This document shows, in pieces, positions 59,230 to 64,000 of a stretch of 64,000 nucleotides of DNA. Made by a program: the position numbers and the translations under genes. Source of the DNA: Spirochaetia bacterium (GTDB lineage Bacteria; Spirochaetota; Spirochaetia; WTKD01; G963693115); contig CBDAKK010000003.1 in NCBI GenBank assembly GCA_965196605.1, positions 16,821 through 80,820 of the forward strand. Reading direction: 5' to 3'. Each line of letters opens with the position of its first letter. The stretch's first letter is position 1. A model generated the notes under the pieces. It ran no database searches. It was not told the origin of the DNA and saw only the letters and a list, made by a program, of their open reading frames with translations.

Positions 59230-59514
59230 AATAGAGTGGAATAGTATATTGATAGCAATTACAATACGTGATTCAGATGTAAAAAGGCATTTACAAAAAC
59301 CGCCCATGAAGAAAAGGAAACAGATGTTGCTCTCGGTGTTCAAGTAATTTCTGATTTACATCAATACTCACCCGATACAATTATCATTGTAAGTAATGAT
59401 ACTGATTTTAAACCTGTTGTAGAGAATGTCTTAGAACACACTGATACAAAGCTTATTTTACTGTATCCTCAGGAGTACAAAGAAAGCATCGCTTTAATTA
59501 TTCCAACCTTGTAA
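59230..59514 (+). pseudogene. 3' remnant of a NYN/LabA-domain gene
   Basis: Frame reads ...TDVALGVQVISDLHQYSPDTIIIVSNDTDFKPVVENVLEH...LILLYP, the C-terminal half of a NYN domain. It has no N-terminal half or start codon. Confidence 0.4.
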
Positions 59515-59604
59515 AAACATACCCCGACAAATTAAAAATGATAATTATATACATTTTTACACAAATAACTTGATTTGTGTAAATAGATTTCATACCATAT
59601 AGGT

Positions 59605-60250
59605 ATGATAAATAAAAATTTTCATTCTATATTAGAACTATTAGAAGCATTCCCCAATGAAGAAATATGCATACAACATTTAGAAGCAATTAGATGGAAT
59701 GAAAAAGTCATAAGTCCTTTTGATAATAACTCACCAGTATATAAATGTAAAAACAATAGATATAGATGTAGATGTAAAAATACAGGCAAATACTTCAATG
59801 TCAAAACAGGGACGATGTTTGACAATACAAAAATAAGTCTTCAAAAATGGTTTGTGGCTATATGGCTTGTTACTGCTCATAAAAAAGGGATATCATCACG
59901 ACAACTAGCAAAAGATATACATATAACGCAGAAAACAGCGTGGTTTGTTTTGCAAAGAGTACGAGTATGTTTTGCAATAGAAAATGATCACAAACTAGAA
60001 AATGAAGTTGAAGTAGATGAAACTTATATCGGTGGGAAGAATAAAAACAAGCACACACCAATACTATAGAAGGTTTTTGGTCCTTATTAAAGCGCGGAAT
60101 TGTAGGAATATATCACCATTGGAGTAACCAGCATTTACAAAAATATATTGATGAGTTTGTATTTCGATACAATACAAGAAATTCTCATGAAGAAACACGA
60201 TTTAATGCAGTATTATCTAACCTAGAAAACAGAACAACATACAAGGTGTT
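59605..60250 (+). mobile_element. IS1595-family (ISXO2-like) transposase gene with an internal deletion of the DDE core; a degenerate insertion sequence
   Basis: The N-terminal zinc-ribbon/HTH part (...CKNNRYRCRCKNTGKYFNVKTGTMF...DETYIGGKNK) stops at 60069. The C-terminal tail (EGFWSLLKRGIVGIYHHWSNQHLQKYIDEFVFRYNTR...) continues in another frame to about 60250. The product is roughly 210 aa where this family normally gives about 300. Confidence 0.6.
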
Positions 60251-60255
60251 AGTAC

Positions 60256-61353
60256 ATGGGTAATATGGTACAGCAACAAGATTTTATATTTTATACGACT
60301 AATAGCGGCGATATAAACATACGGGCTATTGTAGAAGATGATACTATTTGGCTCACACAAAAGCAGTTAGCGATGTTGTTTCGAGTGGAAGCAAATACAA
60401 TTACTTATCATATACAAGAAATATTTAACAGTAATGAATTGGAGCAAAGTTCAACTACTCGAAAAATTCGAGTAGTTCAGACAGAGGGTAGTAGAAATAT
60501 ACATCGAGAAATACTGCATTATAATCTCGACATGATTATAGCAGTTGGGTATCGTGTTAATTCATATAGAGCAACACAATTTAGAATATGGGCAACAAAG
60601 ATGCTCAAGGAATATCTTATAAAAGGATTTGTACTTGATGATGATAGATTGAAACAAGGCGAGACTTTATTTGGTAAAGATTATTTTGATGAGCTACTAG
60701 AGCGTATTCAAGAAATACGAGCATCAGAGCGGAGATTTTACCAAAAAATCACAGATATATACAAAGAATGTAGTGCTGATTATGATAAAAATTCACCTAT
60801 TACAAAAGATTTTTATGCACATGCACAAAATAAGCTAGAGTATGCAATCATCAATATGACCTCTGCTGAAATAATAAAAGAAAGAGCAAACCACAATTTA
60901 CCAAACATGGGACTTACTACATGGAAAAAACAAAAGGAAAAAGGGAAAATATACACTTATGATGTTACTGTCGCAAAAAATTATCTCAATGAAGATGAAA
61001 TAAGTAATCTTAATAGGTTGGTTTCTCAATTTTTAGATTTTGCAGAAGGATTTGCAAAGCGTGGTAAAGTCATGTACATGCAAGATTGGGCAGATAAACT
61101 CAATAATTTTTTGAAATTGAATGAATATGCAGTATTACAAAATTATGGATCTGTCTCAAAATCAATAGCTGATAATTTTGCAAAAAAAGAATATAAAAAA
61201 TATAAACCAGCACAAGATAAATTACATAAGTCTGATTTTGACAAAGTTGTAGAAGAAATAAATCAAACTAAGAAGTTACCGAAGCACAGAAAAGAAGTAC
61301 TGAGTTCTTTTAATCAAAATCTCAAAAAAGCTATAAATTGGAAACAAGAGTAA
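60256..61353 (+). CDS. RhuM-family virulence/defence-island protein
   Basis: The N-terminus IFYTTNSGDINIRAIVEDDTIWLTQKQLAMLFRVEANTITYHIQEIF and the GYRVNS...ATQFRIWAT motifs are typical of RhuM. Confidence 0.75.
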   Translation: MGNMVQQQDFIFYTTNSGDINIRAIVEDDTIWLTQKQLAMLFRVEANTITYHIQEIFNSNELEQSSTTRKIRVVQTEGSRNIHREILHYNLDMIIAVGYRVNSYRATQFRIWATKMLKEYLIKGFVLDDDRLKQGETLFGKDYFDELLERIQEIRASERRFYQKITDIYKECSADYDKNSPITKDFYAHAQNKLEYAIINMTSAEIIKERANHNLPNMGLTTWKKQKEKGKIYTYDVTVAKNYLNEDEISNLNRLVSQFLDFAEGFAKRGKVMYMQDWADKLNNFLKLNEYAVLQNYGSVSKSIADNFAKKEYKKYKPAQDKLHKSDFDKVVEEINQTKKLPKHRKEVLSSFNQNLKKAINWKQE

Positions 61354-61600
61354 CTATGTATAGTTTGTGTAAAAATGTATATAATTACCTTAAAAATTCA
61401 AGAAATAAAACCTATTCACATGGAAAAAAGCATTATGCCCGATATCATTACTATAAACGGAAAGCAGTATAAAAACCCATATCCATACATCCCCAAGCAA
61501 TCTTCACGCTTTTCATAGCCCAAACCTAACCTTAGGAACAGTTCGTAGGCTACTTGCAAAGTTAAAAAAAAACTTTGACACAAAAATAACTGAAACGTGG

Positions 61601-62386
61601 TTACGCCACCTCTCCCCTAAGGCACGCTGCGTAGTCTTTGTTGCCCAAAAGCTTTGACACGTTTTCCGCGCAAGCCGCTAGCGTTTTTAAGACCAAGTCC
61701 TTGTAATCATCAAAAAAGCGCACCGTGGGGCAACTCACGCTTATGGACGCCATGACGTGATTGTATTCATCAAATACTGGCATGGCAAGGCAGTGAATGT
61801 GCGGCTCATGCTCCTCGGTATCCTCTGCATAGTGCTGCGTGCGCACGGTTTGAAGGTGTGTGTGCAAGGCTTTTTTCTGCGTTATGGTGTTATCCGTATG
61901 GCGGGCAAGTTGCAAGCTTTCAATAAGCGCCTGTTGTGCAGGTTCGCTCATCCATGCCAAAAGGGCTTTTCCCACACCCGTACAGTGAATGGGCGCTTCG
62001 TTGCCAATGCGAGAATGCATGCGTAAAGAATGGTCTGAATCTATTTTGTCTATGTAGAGAACCTTGGTTCCGGAAAGCACAGCCAAGTGCACGGTTTCTT
62101 TTGTTTTGAAAAACAGCTTTTGCAAATGCGCACGCGCCACGCTTATAAGCGGGGCGTAGGCTTGCATGTAGGCCTTGGCAATGTGAAAAAACTTTTGCGT
62201 AAGTCGGTAATGCTTTTCAGGGCTGAGTTCCACATATTTTTTTGTAAGACAGGTTTGCAAAATTCTATACGCGGTTGTGTATGGAATGTGCGTATGTTTA
62301 GTAATATGCTCTATGGTCGCATTGTTATTTTTTCCAAGATATTCCAATATTTGCAAAACCCGCAGGGTTGATGAATGAAGATTCAT
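61601..62386 (-). CDS. IclR-family transcriptional regulator
   Basis: N-terminal wHTH (LRVLQILEYLG...ATIEHITKHTHIPYTTAYRILQT) and a C-terminal IclR effector domain. Confidence 0.75.
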   Translation of the reverse strand: MNLHSSTLRVLQILEYLGKNNNATIEHITKHTHIPYTTAYRILQTCLTKKYVELSPEKHYRLTQKFFHIAKAYMQAYAPLISVARAHLQKLFFKTKETVHLAVLSGTKVLYIDKIDSDHSLRMHSRIGNEAPIHCTGVGKALLAWMSEPAQQALIESLQLARHTDNTITQKKALHTHLQTVRTQHYAEDTEEHEPHIHCLAMPVFDEYNHVMASISVSCPTVRFFDDYKDLVLKTLAACAENVSKLLGNKDYAACLRGEVA

Positions 62387-62539
62387 GCTTCTATTGTAAC
62401 AATATTTAAAAATTCAAATAAGGAAGTTGTAATTCTTTTTTGGAAAACTTGACATGTAAAAGGACGCAATTGTATCATAATGTATATGCTAAAAACATCA
62501 GCTTATAAAAGCCGTAAAACAAAATTCTCAGGAGGTCTT

Positions 62540-63535
62540 ATGCAAAAAAAAGCATGCTTGTGTCTTTGTCTTGTAGCGTTGGTGGGGTTGTTTGCCTGCG
62601 CAAAAAAACAAGAAGAAATAAAAATAGGGTTTGTTGTAAAAAATGCGCAATCTTCATGGTTTCAAGATGAGTGGCGTTTTGCAGAAGAGGCGGCTGAAGA
62701 AAAGGGGTTCACCGTTGTAAAAATTGAAGCGGTTGATGGAGACAGCTTGCTGACCGCCATTGACAACCTAGGCGCGCAAGAGGCACAAGGCATGATAGTG
62801 TGCGTGCCCGACGTTAAGCTGGGGCCTGCAGTGGTGGCGCGCGCAAAGGCAAACAAACTCAAGCTTATGACGGTTGACGACAGACTTTTGGGGAGCGATG
62901 GCGCGCCCTTAGAAGACGTGCCGCACATGGGCATTTCAGCCTTTAACATTGGCAAGCTTGTTGGCAAGGCCATAAGCAATGAAATAAGTAAACGCAATTG
63001 GAATGTAAACGAAGTCTACGCATTACGCTTAAGCATTAATGAGTTGCCAACGGCAAAGGCGCGCACGGACGGTGCAACTGAAGCCTTGCTTGAAGGTGGT
63101 TTTAGTGCTGAGCATGTCGTGGACGCACCTCAAAAAATGCAGGGCTCTGAATCTTCTGAAGAGTCTTTTAACGCTTCAAGCATTGCCATTGCCAAAACGC
63201 CGTCTGCTAAAAAATGGGTTCTCTATGCCCTCAATGACGAGTCAGTACTCGGGGGCGTGCGCGCCTTGGAGGGCAACGGCTTTTTAGCGAATGACGTAAT
63301 AGGCGTGGGCATTGGTGGCTCGGACGCGGCAATAAGCGAGTTGGAGAAACAAGAGACGACTGGTTTTTTTGGCACCGTGGTCATTAGCCCCAAAAGGCAC
63401 GGCTACGAAACGGCGCTCAACATGTACGAGTGGATTGTGAACGACACCGAGCCCCAAAAGCTTATTCTCACCGCGGGCAAGTTAGCCAATAGAGAAAATT
63501 ACCGAGAGGTGCGCAAGGAGCTGGGGCTGGAATAA
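62540..63535 (+). CDS. sugar ABC transporter substrate-binding lipoprotein (periplasmic-binding protein type I, RbsB/LsrB-like)
   Basis: GGAGG ribosome-binding site plus the ATG at 62540 (MQKKACLCLCLVALVGLFACAKK, lipobox). Binding-protein core KIGFVVKNAQSSWFQDEW. Confidence 0.7.
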   Translation: MQKKACLCLCLVALVGLFACAKKQEEIKIGFVVKNAQSSWFQDEWRFAEEAAEEKGFTVVKIEAVDGDSLLTAIDNLGAQEAQGMIVCVPDVKLGPAVVARAKANKLKLMTVDDRLLGSDGAPLEDVPHMGISAFNIGKLVGKAISNEISKRNWNVNEVYALRLSINELPTAKARTDGATEALLEGGFSAEHVVDAPQKMQGSESSEESFNASSIAIAKTPSAKKWVLYALNDESVLGGVRALEGNGFLANDVIGVGIGGSDAAISELEKQETTGFFGTVVISPKRHGYETALNMYEWIVNDTEPQKLILTAGKLANRENYREVRKELGLE

Positions 63536-63539
63536 GGCC

Positions 63540-64000
63540 ATGGCCTTTCTTGAATTTCATAAGCTGCATAAACGCTTTGCGGGCGTTCATGCCTTACAAG
63601 GTTTGAGTTTTGGCATTGAGAAAGGAAGCGTCCACGGGCTTGTAGGTGAAAATGGCGCGGGGAAATCAACGCTTGTGAAAATTTTGTCGGGGGTGCATGC
63701 GCCCGACTCGGGCTCTATTAGCATAAACGGTGAGACCCAGCATTTTGCAACGCCCTTTGACGCGCTCCATGCCGGGGTGAGTTTTATTCACCAAGAGTTG
63801 CAGCTCACGCCACACCAAACGGTTGCAGAAAATATATTGCTTGGCTCCTACGCGGCGCAACGCGGCATTGTGCGTTGGCAGCGCATGTACAACACCGTGC
63901 AGCGTTTTTTTGACAAGGTAGGCGTTGCGCTTGATGCAAAAGCTAAAGTTGCAAGCCTGACCATAGGCCAACAGCAAATGGTTGAAATACTAAAATCAAT
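63540..64000 (+). CDS. sugar ABC transporter ATP-binding protein (partial, continues beyond the window)
   Basis: MAFLEFHKLHKRFAGVHALQGLSFGIEKGSVHGLVGENGAGKSTLVKIL... Walker A. Open at the window end, so it is absent from the track. Confidence 0.7.
   Translation, partial: MAFLEFHKLHKRFAGVHALQGLSFGIEKGSVHGLVGENGAGKSTLVKILSGVHAPDSGSISINGETQHFATPFDALHAGVSFIHQELQLTPHQTVAENILLGSYAAQRGIVRWQRMYNTVQRFFDKVGVALDAKAKVASLTIGQQQMVEILKS

Overview
This 64 kb chromosomal window carries about 50 genes. The housekeeping backbone is roughly 50% GC: an alkyl-DHAP synthase (AGPS)-like oxidase and HMG-CoA reductase, secD/secF/yajC, tRNA-Ala, rsmD, recG, a PTS EIICB, aroDE, a class IIb aspartate/asparagine tRNA ligase, a uvrD/pcrA helicase, dgoD with a TRAP transporter, a lolCDE-like ABC system, ftsY, prfB with its programmed +1 frameshift, and thiM-thiE-tenA-thiD. 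Several AT-rich accessory islands interrupt it. The lipobox-rich gene content suggests a spirochete-like (Treponema-type) genome, but I cannot confirm this from sequence alone.

Five features are the most notable:
- A roughly 7.5 kb giant surface-lipoprotein gene (37750..45236) made of six to eight near-identical 813-bp Ig-like tandem repeats. Its N-terminal lipoprotein segment is decoupled from the repeat body by a poly-G(7) tract in a phase-variation-like configuration. Two further lesions break the reading frame, an 11-bp deletion and an in-frame amber codon.
- Two paralogous AT-rich NHL-repeat lipoprotein genes with a conserved signal peptide and a novel His-rich C-terminal domain. One is inserted between aroDE and the tRNA ligase gene and is flanked by a 292-bp direct duplication of the ancestral divergent-promoter region.
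- A dispersed family of GC-rich composite repeats at three intergenic loci, full of GTGGGGG-N3-5-CCCCCAC hairpins and CCATGG-centred palindromes.
- An AT-rich island holding an internally deleted IS1595-family transposase, a NYN-domain gene remnant, a RhuM-family gene, an IclR regulator, a D-psicose-3-epimerase-like gene and sugar ABC transporter genes.
- A textbook prfB +1 frameshift site (GGAGG-CGU-CUU-UGA-C).

Several plus-strand ORFs in the supplied track are antisense shadows of minus-strand genes or of repeats and were rejected.
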